A stretch of DNA of 64,000 bases from Raillietiella orientalis (taxonomy: Eukaryota): assembly GCA_036172245.1 (NCBI GenBank), contig JAYWIR010000031.1, forward strand, positions 744,001 through 808,000, given 5' to 3'. Made by a program: the position numbers and the translations under genes. This document shows positions 1 to 12,436 of this stretch, one piece after another. The notes beneath the pieces are model-generated. The model saw only the letters and a program-made list of their open reading frames with translations. It ran no database searches and was not told the origin of the DNA. How positions within the stretch are numbered: position 1 is the stretch's first letter; the number at the start of each line of letters is the position of its first letter.

Positions 1-607
1 AGCTTTCCAGGTTCCTAAATGCACTCCATCTTGTCAGGAACTCAATGATTTTATCTGAAGCTGCATACATCACTTTATTATTCTTTTGCAGATCTTCCCC
101 CTGGGGGCACACACGCATACAGAAGAAAATTCTGATCATTCAACATAAGACTTCTGAATAAGAAAGCAGACTCTCAGACAAGAAGCGAAATTCTTATAGA
201 CGAGTCTGTACAAAAATGCTAAATGCTGATGCTGAAAATTGGTACATTGCATCTCATTAGGTACGAAGCGAATCGACACAAAATACGAACACGGATGAAG
301 TTAATTGCTTTATTACGTGGATGCCTCCATCCTGAAAAATGGACACCAGCTGAGAATATCCAGATGAGGTGATGATGTAAAGCACATTAGCAGATTCATT
401 CTTTTGAGCATCTATGAAATTTTCCGTAGAATGGAAGCAGAGGAAGGGAAATTACGAACACACGCACGAAACAGTCCTGATTTGAGCATCTGGTGTTTGC
501 CCATCTTATGCCGTTTGCTAAAAAGGATGAAAGAAAAAACACGCAGTTTTGTTTCTCTTGTCAATTTGAGCATTCTGTTGGAACTTCTTTTCACACGAAA
601 AGGTCAA

Positions 608-817
608 GTTTCATATGTTTTGTGCCGTTTGTCTTGCGCTGGATGTCCACAAAAATCTGGTGTTCTAACGAAAAATCATAGAAGACGTCTAAAAACGTTC
701 TTCCTTGTGAATACGATAGGAAGAACGTTTTTAGAATCTTCCTTTCATTTTCTCTTCCACCATAGGAACACCAGGCTTTTGTGGATATCCAGCGAAAGAG
801 AAACGCGCCGATGAAAC
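608..817. repeat. ~210-bp imperfect palindrome (fold-back)
   Basis: Perfect 18-bp inner stem 688-705/718-735 (tctaaaaacgttcttcct/aggaagaacgtttttaga) with a 12-nt loop. Outer stem 637-666 pairs with 765-794 with few mismatches, and gtttcat 608-614 pairs with atgaaac 811-817. Confidence 0.85.
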
Positions 818-1246
818 AAAAGTTTGACGAACAAGGCCAGAGTTCTTCGAAGTAGATGTGCATTTAAAGGATCGATAAAAAACAGCCGCCCAGTGCAAAC
901 CGATTTTCCTTTTTTTTTGTTTTAATTGCAAGTTTGATTGCAGCTTCCAAGAAAACGGGGCTGAAGGGTTTTCTGGCTTCAGAACCTGCAGAACAGTGCT
1001 CGAGCCATGTTTAAATAGATTGCTGAAGACTTGTTGAAATTATCCCAAGCTCATGCAGTGTCGTGCAAAATCGAGATATTCATAATAAATGATTAAGGAT
1101 GAAATCTCATTCACAGTTACCATGACACAACTGTGAATAGTTTCGATCCCTCCAGATTTCGTTCGCAGTCAGGGAATTCGACTGCTCATTTCGTCATACA
1201 ATGCTGTACGATCATGCTTTATTGGTTTCCTTTTTAATCATTTCGA

Positions 1247-1548
1247 ATTTTCACAATTGGAGAGGAATGCCGAAGGGAACCCCCTCCTTGATTCCTGGAA
1301 GGACCCCGGAAGGTCAACTTCCAATCTCGGCCGGTCAACGGGGGCATGCGGTTTTTCCACCAGTGCCGTACACGAAGTCTACAAGACCAACCAGTGCCAT
1401 CTTGCGGGAGGAACTCGAAACCCACAATCGCACCCATTCCTCAGGAGTCGATCCTCCACGTCCACTTGGTAGATGGACTCCACCAGGCACTGCGGATTCG
1501 AAGCCGCAGCGCTTAGCACCACACGCCGAGACGGTGGCCGAGCCCCCG
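1247..1548 (-). mobile_element. tRNA-headed SINE, copy A (head and first ~300 bp only)
   Basis: Minus strand has B-box-like gcttcgaatcc, then the family core gagttcctcccgcaagatggcactggttgg and gaccttccggggtccttccaggaatcaagg shared with the other four copies. Similarity ends at ttgtgaaaat. Confidence 0.8.
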
Positions 1549-4149
1549 TTGCTAATCACCTTTCGTTCAAATTTTGCTAATCACCTTTTTTGTTAATTAA
1601 TTATTCCTGCTCGTGTCAAATGAGAAACTGCTTCATCCAAGAATAAATCAAAATCTATTTTTCAATTCTAATGCAGCCTAGGCTATACTTGGACAAATTG
1701 TGCCGCCTTATGGTTGGCTCTAACATTCAATATGGCTGCGATCTATATCGGACCCATAGATTGGGAGCATGCTCCCGGTGAAGAATATTTCTTAGAGACG
1801 AGACCAACTGATGAAGCTGCAGATGCTGTTTTCTCTTAAAGACGTCCCCACGCCTTCACACGCACAGAATAAAATGAAGATGATGAAGATTGCTCACACC
1901 AGGTAAAGAACGCAGCTGCGACTCATCTGCTGAGAATAAAAACCTTTCCACCCACTCACCGCCTTTCTAGAAGAACAGGAAACACATGGGCCTCTGTTTC
2001 TTCAGTTCTCCTAACAAAAGCGAAGAAATTCATAGGGCACACATTTTCCAAATGTTCTGATGCTTCCCAGGAATGCCATAAGCAGAACCTCCTACTCCAG
2101 CTAGAGGAATAAGAGGTGGCGAATTTCTTGAAACACTCCATGACTTGAACCCGCAATCTATGAAAACGAAACGGTGATTTTTAAAAAAGGAAGGCTTTAA
2201 AGATGATACGAAGTTCCGAGTGCAAACTCCTTTGGTGCCAATGTGGCCCCAAGGTTACAGCCCATGTTGACCGCGTTTTTCACAAGAAACCTATGAGCCC
2301 ACATTTGATTTTTGATGCATTCTCTCCACCGTCAAAGGGGCAAGAAGAGGTCACGACAAAAAGTGGATCGATGCTCAACAGGGAAAATTCTGACTGGTCA
2401 GCGAGAATGAATTCCAAACTGAATGAGAGCAAATTTCGAATGTGCAGATAGATTTGAGGGAAAATCTGCTCGAGAACATCGTGGAATGCTAAGGAAAACT
2501 CGTGAGGTTTAGAAATCACCGATTTGTTTCATTGCCTCTGAAACGGCCTCAACCAATGGGAATTTCGTTCCTCAGCGTTGAACCATAAGGCCGCTTACTC
2601 CAAGGATGAGATGATGCAAAACTGATACTCTTAAGCTAGCAGCACCTTTCGCTTTGGGCCTTCTTATTTTACAAATGCAGTGGTAATATTTCCAAGTAGG
2701 CTGACACTGTCCTCAGTAAGGTTCAACCTATTGAAAAAAAAATTTTAGAGATACATTTAGTAGAGAGCACTCCGATGCCACACTATTTTGACAACGAAAA
2801 CGGCTGATAATGGTCAGATAGATTTTTAGATGATAGGAAGCAAAATGTCTGTACTAATCGCGGAATTGGTTACATTTAAATAAAATTCACTTCGCCCCCT
2901 AATGTTGATTTCACTTCGTTCCCAAGACCACACTCTTTTCACAGTCTCCGATCTCTGTGCTATACTTTTAAGATTTGCTGTAATTTCAAGATAAGCTGCA
3001 AGAGCATCCACCTCCGAATGAGTGCACGGTTTTTTTTTTTATGCTCGCCTGCATTCTTTCCAGGTTTTGGTCCTTCGTCATTCATCCTCATTCCCGGTAG
3101 AGACCTGACTGAGGATGGGGATCCGGTAAGGAATGCTGGAATATTTAAATAAACGAACAATACGGAAAGAAAATTCAGAGTTCGAGTCAGCGAAGGTGAA
3201 AAGGAAACAACGGGTAGATGAAAATTCTTCATGCTTGTACCACTTGCATCATTCTTCAGCGATGTAGCAGCGTGAGAAAAACTCAGGGCTGCTCGCATCA
3301 GTGCTGTGACATTCCTTTTTGAGGTGAACATTGCACTTTTCTTACGGGGATGGAGGACTTTTTGGATAGCTCTCCCCGGCAACAGATGAAGCAGCAAGTC
3401 TTACAAGCGGCATTTGAAAAACAAAAAAAGATGTGTATGAAGAGATTCTGTCAGGAAGATGAGTACATAGCTCGTATTATTAAAGTCCTTTCTCGATAAA
3501 ATTGCAGCAGCTGTTGAAAAAGACGAAAAAAATGTAAGAGCATCAGTACTCCATTTTGCTGGTTCCAAAAGCTTTCAGTTCTTACTTTCAGAATTTAAAG
3601 ATCCCTCCTTTTATCTCATATGCAGCGTGCTGTCTTATTGTTCTTTAAAATTGCTCTTCTGCCTCTATGTAATTCCATTTTTCTTTCTAGATGTTAAAAT
3701 CTTAATTATGTTCCCAATGCCTATGAATGAGGGCATGCGTCTTGAACAATGAAATCGTGTTCATTAGAGATGTTAATTGGAATTAATAAGAGATAAGTAT
3801 CTGAAACTAAACAGAAAAAAGGAGACTTGTGTCTCGCATAGGTAGATGTCTCACAACGAAACCTCAGAAACTCAAGGAAAATATGAAAAACTTTCATTTA
3901 GATAGTTCAATCCATTCTTAATTTAAAATGTTTACCGATCTATTTGGAATTTTTTTTCTGCGGAACCATATCAAAGGACCCTTTAGCCATGTTGCTCGCC
4001 TTGGGGAATACGTATACTCCACCAAGACTGCTTTTCTGAACGGTCACGAGTGTTCCAGGAACACCTACAAATAGACAACTCTTCATCGAATTTAAGCAGA
4101 GGCAGCATTCAGATTTCCATTTGTAAGAGGTTAAGTGGTTATAGCTAGA

Positions 4150-6815
4150 TAGGTTTTTATCGCTTTAAAAGATACAGGGCTCCTCCTTCGGAGGGAGTCC
4201 GTATACAAAATGGACGGAAACAAGACTTATATTGCCGATTCATGGTATCCATAGCATCACTCTCGAGTTGAATGCTTCGGGATGCTGGATCTCTTTTGAC
4301 GAGACGTCATTCATGGTCGTGAGATGTTTTCGCGCGTTTTCGTCCGTCGTTGGGCGCCCCAGATGTAGCAATTGAGGAGGTCCCTTAGAAGAAGCTGGAG
4401 TGGGGAGTTTCTGGTGTCCTGCAGAAGCTCCTCCGTTTTCATAGGGCCACGAAAGGCAAACAGGAAGCGGAACGGGTTGTGGAGGCTCTCACTTTTCGAA
4501 GGTGTTCACTAGTGGGTGGGGGGTTCGAATTCTTCAGGGCGATCGTCATTAGTTGCATCCTCGTACTAGCTAATGTTGTCATCCTCCACAGCCTGTTCCT
4601 TGGCACGTGGTTCAGCGTTGTCGGTTCCACTGAAAGATGTTCTGGAACATAGTGAGGGAGCCGTGTGCACAGGCGGCACTAGTGGAGCACTAAATGTGGG
4701 GTTGTATCTAACTGGGCGGGGAGAGTCGAGGTTTGTCAAAGGGGGAAACGCATCCACAGTCTTGGTGGATGGTTAATAACCGATGTGTTTCGACGTAGAT
4801 GTCTCTGGATGTTCTAATGAAGGCCGCGATCACTCTGTCCCTAAGGGCTTTCGCATGCGACTCGGGTTGCCAAGTCTGTCAGTGACTTCATCGTTCCTTG
4901 GGTGCCGATGATGAATGCATCCACGTAGACCTTCCTGTCAGAGCTGCGGAAATACTTGGCTATCTGAGCATGCAAGTTCAGCCGTGCTCAGCGAATGAAT
5001 CTCCAATCTGAAAAACGGAGAAACTCACATCTCTGCAGAAAGCTGTTCAATACAGGATGCAGGGACACACAGTCCATGATTGGACCCTGATCAGGTTTGT
5101 TGAGCAGAGTAGGTGTTCTGCTTATCCGCTGCATCAAGCGGATCGTTCTGACCACTTTCCAGACTCAGGTAAGAGGTGATCCGTTTGCCAGAAATCGAAA
5201 TGTCAGTGGAGTCATCCTGGACGGACCAGGACAACAGGAGCTTTTTCGAGGCTTGCTGCCGCACTGCTGACCAGAAACTCCTTAGATCTCCAGAGGTGGC
5301 ACTAAAAGGGAAGTCACAGTCGCCATTCAGGAAGAGAGTAATGGTAAGGGAGAACGGGATTTGCGCCTCACCATTTCACCCAATGAACTACGCGCGAGTT
5401 CACGCACCATTGGGTTAGGGGAGAGCATGAGCTTGAAAGCAGAGTCCATATGATGGAGCTTGATGGAGCTTTTTTCTGGGAAGATGGGACACCCCATGCC
5501 TCCAACAGGAGGAGCTATATAAAGCTAGTCCGCGCAAGCAGCTTGTGGGGAGGTAAGCACCTGAGATTTCAGTGCTTTCTTGATGATGTCGTTCAGGTGC
5601 TTCCAAAAGCTGTGGGGCTTGAGGTGCGATCGAAGAGAACGGGTGAGTGGGGAGAAAAAAAGGAATTTGAAAGCATCTAATTTCCGCCAAGGTGTCAGGG
5701 AAGAGTCGAGAATCCGTTCCAAGTTCTGAAGAATTTCCTGCCCTCCAGCATCCGGTCGCAGGGCGTCGAACCCTACTGGTTTGTCCAGGTACTCGTACAT
5801 TTCATTGTCCTGAAGTGCTGGGATGGAGGCTTCCCCGATGCTGAACTGCCTAGACTTTGCGCCAGCGGGAACGCGATGTAAGATGCTAAGGGAGCAGCAC
5901 TCATTAGGGTTGATCGAAAGGCCGCATCTCCTAGACGTCGTCGTCATGCAGTCCATCGCATCCTGCAAATGGACTGGTGAAGATACAAGGAGCATATGCT
6001 AGGTATGAGTATCAGGACAAGCACTGTTCAGCCTGCGCAGTATAGGTTCCAGAGCCAGGTTGAAGAGGAGACCACTCAGAGGGCACCCTTGCCGTACACC
6101 TGCAGCGATCTGCTCCGGGCTCGATGTGCCAAGTTTTGTCCGAAAGCACGTCGATGAGCCATCGTAGATATTCTTGATGATGCCACAAAAGTCACCCCCT
6201 GTTCCAAAGTGCCTTCGTGCTTGCAGGAAGTATTCGTGTGGTATGGATGAAAATGTGTCCTTAAAGTCTATCTAAGCCATGCAAACGTTGCGCTTATGCC
6301 TTCTGCCGTCCTCTAGAAGAACGAAGTTATGTTCGAGAACCCCGTCGAAAAGAAGGAATCCTCTTTGATGGGTGTTGATGATCCCCTTGCAGAGGATCCA
6401 GTTCCTCAGTGGTCTCGCCAAACACTTGGCGAAGAGTTTGCCCATGGTGTTGCCGATCACAATCTGTCGAAACTCTCCTAATTCGTTCTCATCCTCAAGG
6501 TTGTGCTTCGGGATACGAATCGAACAGTCGTCTTTCCAGTCAGCTGGGAGTTTTCTGTGAACCAGGAAGGTGTTGAACACTTTGATAGCAGCACACACTA
6601 GATCCCCTCACAGCAGAGATTATATGTTATCCCATCTGAGACTCAAGTGTATCGAGGGGGGAGAACGGGTAGAGGTGCATAGGGTCATGGGGTGAAGGCA
6701 GGTCCTCACAACAGTCCATGAGGAGGCTGGCATGAACTCGCGGGGTGCCTGGAGGAGGAGGAAGTGTCACAAAGAATCTCTCGCTTCGCTCTCCTGCGAT
6801 TTACGGGATACACCT
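4150..6815 (-). mobile_element. Degenerate, 5'-truncated Utopia/NeSL-clade (R2-group, RLE-type) non-LTR retrotransposon
   Basis: Minus-strand translation gives, in order: NRRRAKREIL, LPADWK..FRQIVIGNTMGKLF..QRGFLLFDGVLEHNF, GVRQGCPLSGLLFNLALEPILR, GLSINPNEC, LTPWRKLDAFKFLF, NKPDQG..DWRFIR*ARLNL, VDAFIIG, SRDIYVE. These are RT, thumb and C-terminal motifs typical of Utopia/NeSL. Many frameshifts and stops. The 3' boundary is approximate. Confidence 0.9.
4177..4200 (-). other. Stem-loop near the presumed 3' end of the retrotransposon
   Basis: gggctcctcc-ttc-ggagggagtcc forms an imperfect hairpin, followed on the minus strand by A-rich gataaaaa. Confidence 0.5.
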
Positions 6816-8877
6816 TTTGAATTTATTTGATCTGTATTTTGATCTTAAGCAAAAAGCCGCTAGATGCTCTAAAGAATGCATTCAAATACAGCATCGTTTT
6901 TGAACAAAAGCTACCAAACATTCGATTATTAAATGAAACACTAATACGTTGCATATTTACTTTTGTACGCACGCGTGCACACATGCACATTGCATCTATA
7001 TATACACACAAAAGTCATAAATTTATACAGATTCTCATATTCATGGATCCATGTGCGGATTTGAGAATTATTAGCTGTTAGGATGCGAGCTTTCACGTGT
7101 GAAAATCATCCTTTAACTTTCATAATCCCCTGGAGGAATGAGTGTGCCGTACCAGCCTCCATTAACAAATTTACGCTTGTCAAAAAATAAGTACGTAAAA
7201 AAGCATGTGTATAATTATTCTGCTTATTGTCAGTGTCCTGAATGAGACGAAACATTTGTTGTGTCTCGCTACATGCACAGAGGAAGCTGCGTAAATCTGA
7301 CAAAATTAGGTTTCAAACAGTCAGGAACAACCTTTGTGACAGTAAGTGTGACACGGGAGGAAAAATGAAGAACAGATTCCAGAATTCTTCAGTCCACTCG
7401 GCTGACGATCAGGGATGTCCTTCTTGTTGTACAGCTCTAGGCATGCTTAACGTGACCTGCAGTTACTCAACACTGCTGCTGCTCCAGTGGCTAGTTAAGA
7501 AGTTCTGAAACTGTACGATAGGGAAATCAACGACTAGATTCGTCGGCGTGCATTCCAGATAAAGTGTTCTTGAGCATTTCATCCCGTGTTGTGATGAGAT
7601 TCCATTCCTCTGGTCCGTACGCTGCTCATTCTAGTTTGCCGGCGGGCATTCACGGAATCCAAGGAAAGGCTGCATCTTACTAACTTTGAGGCTTGCTTTC
7701 GTTTGGGGCAGAACTCCCCCTGAAAAACACATGGTTCTCGAAGTCGTAGGTTCTTGCAGGGCTGATGATTCTGTGGGGAAGAGACGCGTAGAGAATGCAC
7801 ACACCCGAAGAAGAGACAGCGAATGTTGTTCCATCATGAAATTTTCTCAGAATTAGAAGTCTGAACCTGCAAGTTTTCTTATGTCGATTTTCTTGATTGC
7901 CTCTCACTGCAAAATGTCAATTTCGCACAAAGCTTTACTAGACCTCTTATTTCTTTTCCGAAATAAGACTTCGGTCTTATCTGACCTTTCCAAGTATAGC
8001 ATCTTGAGACTGGGACAGCAATATTCTTATGAACATTTTCTGAAAATAAAAAATGTGTTAGACAAGAAAGACGAATGGATCTAACACAAATCCTGTATAG
8101 TGGAAAAGGAGTGTCGTAGACAAAGAGTGAAGGTTAGCACTTCCCCTGACAAGGATGGAACACAAATCCCCTGTGGCATGCAAAAGCTGTTAACTGACGT
8201 TTGTGATTGCTGCAGAAGAAATTTTGGCATTTGTACTCTCAGCAGCTCACGAATTCCATGTTATGCTGAAAGGATATGCATAGTCATTATCGATAGGCAA
8301 GGAAGATCGCAAAAGCACTTGCGAGCGGCAGATTAATAAAAAATCCTCCAAGACTCAAACTGATGGGTTTTTTTTTGAAAACATATAGGAAAATTATAAT
8401 AAAGGATTTAAATGGAATCCACTTAGAAGGATGCGAAAAGATCGAGTTTAAATCTCAGAGTCAGTTTTGCTCATCTCAGATATCACCAGAAAATGCTTTC
8501 TTATCACCGGAAATGAAAACATGTCTCAGTGTAAAATTACTCGTAGAGAAGGAAGGAACGCATTCTGTGGAAAATAAATTTCCGTACATCGACCCATCCA
8601 TTACATGAATGACGTGAATGTAATTTCAAGGAAAGAGAGAATTCATCTTTTCAAGAAAACATCCAGTGTGATCCAGAACATCCAAAATGATGCTCCGAAA
8701 AAGATCCTTTTTTCAAGGAATTCTGCACGAATGCTATGCAGGTAACTATTCGAGTGATTGAATTTTCATCCCTCGAAAATGCAGAAAGGGAAATTGCTAT
8801 TGCTAAGGATGATGAAAACGCCTACAAAATGCAACTTTGGGTTCTTTTCTGTCTTCGCTGTTTTTTCCCTTCCAGCA

Positions 8878-9760
8878 TTTTTTTTTTCGGATTTTTCAGG
8901 TTTTCTTTTTTTTGGTTCGCTAAGTACCTCGAGAGCCGGTCGCGTGCCTCGCGGCGCACGTGGCTCTCTAACACGGTTCCGCGCCACCCGCAGAGGGTGC
9001 GTGTTGTTCTTCAAGATAGGGGCACCCCGGAAGGGGGGTTCCGCCCTAAGAATCCAGGAAGGACTCGGAGTCCGTTCCTCTCGCACTTAAGGAGGGATCT
9101 CCCCTTCAGGGAGAATCGCATCTCCCACCCTGGTTGTCTCCCAAGGGGGAACCCAGAAGGGAATCTTCTTCTCCTTCTCTCCGAAGGGACACCGCCGGAA
9201 AGGGGGTGGTCCTCTCCATCTCATCTTCTCCGGAGGGAGCCCGCAAGGGAACCGCTCCTGTTCACTCCTCTGAAGAGAACCCGAAGGGATGCTTCCGAAA
9301 TTCAGAAGAGGCGTTGTAGATTCCCGCAGGGGAATCGCTCTCGCTTGCTTCCTTGCACTCTGTGAAGAGGCGACGACTCAGAGGGTCCCTCCCGCAACAG
9401 GAGGGTCCGCTCCTTTGAACAACTGGAGAGGTGCCTGTGAAGGCACCTGCTCCATCTTGAAAGCGGAGGGGTCCCCCGGTGTGGGAGGTCCGCTCTCCGT
9501 TGCACGACCGGAGGGGGAACTCCCCACTCCTTTATCCCTGGGAGGACCCGAAGGTCGACTCCCATTGCTCTGGACTTCATCGGGGGCCTCCGGGCTTTAT
9601 CCACCGCCAGGGCCATGCCCGAATGTCTCGGCCAACCAGCTCCATCTTGCAGGAGAAACTCGGAACCCAACGACGCAGTGGCGTCAGTTATCTGCCGAAG
9701 TATTCGAACCCGCGACGCATGGTGCCACGCGCGGAAGCCTTAACCACAAAGCCTCTGACG
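8878..9760 (-). mobile_element. tRNA-headed SINE, copy B (near full length, A-rich tail)
   Basis: Minus strand: A-box-like ggctttgtggttaagg, B-box ggttcgaatac, family core, internal ~40-45 nt tandem units, terminal hairpin gagagcc..cgtgcc-gcga-ggcacg..ggctctc, and tail aaaaaaaagaaaacctgaaaaatccgaaaaaaaaaa. Confidence 0.85.
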
Positions 9761-11589
9761 CGGGTTTTGTGGTTAAGGTTTCCGCGTTATGGAAGTGATT
9801 TTGCATACGAAGATGCAATGACAGTATCCTGCATGGAGTGAATCAATGTTTTACAGACCCTGTGTACATGTCCGCGAATGGTGTACGTACCGTGTGCATT
9901 CATCAGTTTCGCCTCTCAGGAAGCTCACTCCTCCGATCATAGCAGCCTCACCCAAGATGTTTACGCATTAACTTGAGACTTTTCCTAGTGTCACGGCTGC
10001 CGAAAAATTTTTGAATACCCTCGCTGTTTTTCCAAGTTGTTTTTCATCACAAGTGTTTGTTCTGTAGTTTCTCCGTATGCAACTCCTCGTCTTCTCAGGT
10101 TACTGATCCCTCGGTCCGCGTCTTCTGCAACACGATTTCCCCCACAAAAGAAATTACCAAAATCCTCCACGGATGGAAGTCATATCGTTCTCCGGACCCA
10201 CTCACATGGAGCTGTCGAAATTCTGCACTTCAGATTCTCCGATAAAGCTGATATTCTACTTGATTTCGCAGTTTAGCTAAAATCTTCTTCCACTGCTGCT
10301 TTTCCAGTTTCAATGGGGAAGCGTTATCTGTATAGTAATATGCCGTTAATTTCTCAGTAGGACTCCGTGCTACCAACTGCATCAGCGAGCTTCTTCTTGT
10401 GCACCTTGATGGAGAAAAAGGTCATTCTGATGCTGGAATGACAATGCATGTGAGAAGAATGTTAATTATCAGTGAAACAGAATCCTGAATTCCTGAAGAA
10501 CCTACATCTAAAACACTCGTTCCAATCCTCACGAATCCGCGTGCTGAAATTGTAATTCAGGATGGAGGTGATGTTTAAAGCCTTCGGATGAAACATCTCA
10601 TCGCAAATGCCTGCTTCAATTTTCCAATCGGAGTAGACACGTTCGAACAATTCTATTTATAGCGGTTTCCATTTCGAAAAAAAAATTAAAAAATCTTCGA
10701 ATGCCAGTAGTGATTGATGATTTGTAAGTTGCTGTTTCCCATTTGGCGCTCATGCGCCCCCTTCTATTATTATTTCATTCAAGACAGTAGAAATTTTGAA
10801 TGGTCGCTGCCTTCCGTTTGAGGAAAGGAACAAAAGAAGGATTTTCTGGCACCTTTTTCCAAGGACGGTGCATTTGTTATTATTCCATTTACATGTGTTT
10901 CATTCTTCCACAGAGAAGCTCCGCACCGGAAGTTTGGAATGCTGGTGCCACTTCTTGCGCCGCCAGAATTTCTTGGAGCTACCTGGCCTTTGAGAAGTTC
11001 CTCTCCTCAACAACTGGGGAGCAACCATGGCACTGGCGTGAGGGAAAGTTCACCAAGAGAAATCACTGTATTTCTTTCTCAAATATCCCTCTGATGGGAA
11101 TGGACAAACCGAGTGTGTGTTGCAGCAACCGTGTGCACTCAGTGTTTTAAAACAAGGTCACTCTTACTTTCTCTTCGTAAAAGTCGAAGTGGCTCCGATC
11201 ATTCCATCTGACGTGAGTAAGTCACCATCGATGGTATGGTGCACATTCGATGCTGGAAGCAAAATCTGCCTTTGTAGAACGTTGACTGTATCGAAAAGGG
11301 TAGTCCAAAAATAAAAAAAAAATAGTTTGCATAATTAAATAAAATAAAGTGTTGAACAGTAAGATGAATTTTCATAATAATCAAATGAACGAATTTAGTA
11401 ACATTACAAAAGTAAATAGCGTATGTGGTAAGTGATGATGATACGATATAAAATTTTATGCAAACTCTTTCCCGATTGCTTTTTCCCGCATTCTTCTCAG
11501 GAGAAGAATGTTAGGAACAGGAAGGCAGACACTTTTTGACCGCCCCATAGCTAAATTGAATGAGTGATCAATAACTTTGTCAGTATCAA

Positions 11590-12436
11590 ATTTTTGAGCA
11601 TTTTTAAACCACCTTGGACGAGATGCCTTTCCAATCATCATTAAGGGTAATTTGTGATTACCCGTGGCATTGACACAGGGCATTGTAAGTGACCCTTTCC
11701 TTTCTATCTTTCCTCCCAGGGGCTGTTTCTTCATTTTGGTGAACATTCGTTTTATTTGGTAATCCTTTATCCTGTTTCGTCACAGTTATAGACTTGCTCC
11801 ATTAGATATTGGTTTCCATGAAGTGTCTCTTCAAATTTTTCCAAGAAAACCGGAACCTGTGAGGCGTCACACGAAAGTTTCTCCCCGGATGTGGTCAACA
11901 AGCGAATGCCACGTCTTTTTTTTAAGTTGCTCAACCACCCACCACTTGCCGAAATTCCCCATCACATCCCAACCGAGCATGAATCTCCTTGGCCTTACAT
12001 TTTCAGATTTCATTTGTGATGATGTTTTTCAGGTTTCGCTGTTGCCAGAAACCACGAATGTAAGGCTCGTTCCATTTCAGGACATTTCGAGATCGAGTCA
12101 TCCTGTTTTCAGATGCTTCGGAGCATCACAGTACGAGGCGACCATAGGCTTCCGAGTTTTCTTTATTTTTCACGATTTTCGGAATGGCTAATTGATCCAC
12201 CTTGAATTGCAAACTCAGCACCTTCTCTCCCTTTTCGACTTCACGGAAAATATCCAACTTTCTATTTGGATAGTTAATGAATTTCTCTTATTTTTGCCCA
12301 TCCTTAACGCGGCCGAAAGAACTGTTTCCTTTATCGAACGACAGAAGAATGTTGTTGACCGAAATGTTGACCATATCGAGGGCTGCTCGCGTCAAAAGTT
12401 TCTTCTATCAAAGGTGACCACATCCAACGTGCACTG
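11590..12436 (-). mobile_element. Tigger/pogo (CENP-B/Jerky-like, DDE_1) DNA transposon relic
   Basis: Minus strand from ATG 12301: MGKNKRNSLTIQ..KLDIFREVEKG (HTH), GWLSNLKKRRGIR, EQVYNCDETG*, LTMPCVNATGNHKLPLMMIGKASRPRWFKN. A TIR-like end CAGTGCACGTTGGATGTGGTCACC at 12436 is flanked by TA. Frameshifted and 3'-truncated. Confidence 0.88.

Noticed and set aside
403..575. tttgagcat recurring at ~80-bp spacing (possible zinc-finger periodicity or array)
   Set aside because: Only 9 bp and three copies, spacing is unequal, and no Cys/His pattern appears in translation.
8736..9841. 209-aa and 169-aa ORFs as genes
   Set aside because: They overlie the GC-rich SINE copy B, and the frames are not preserved among copies.
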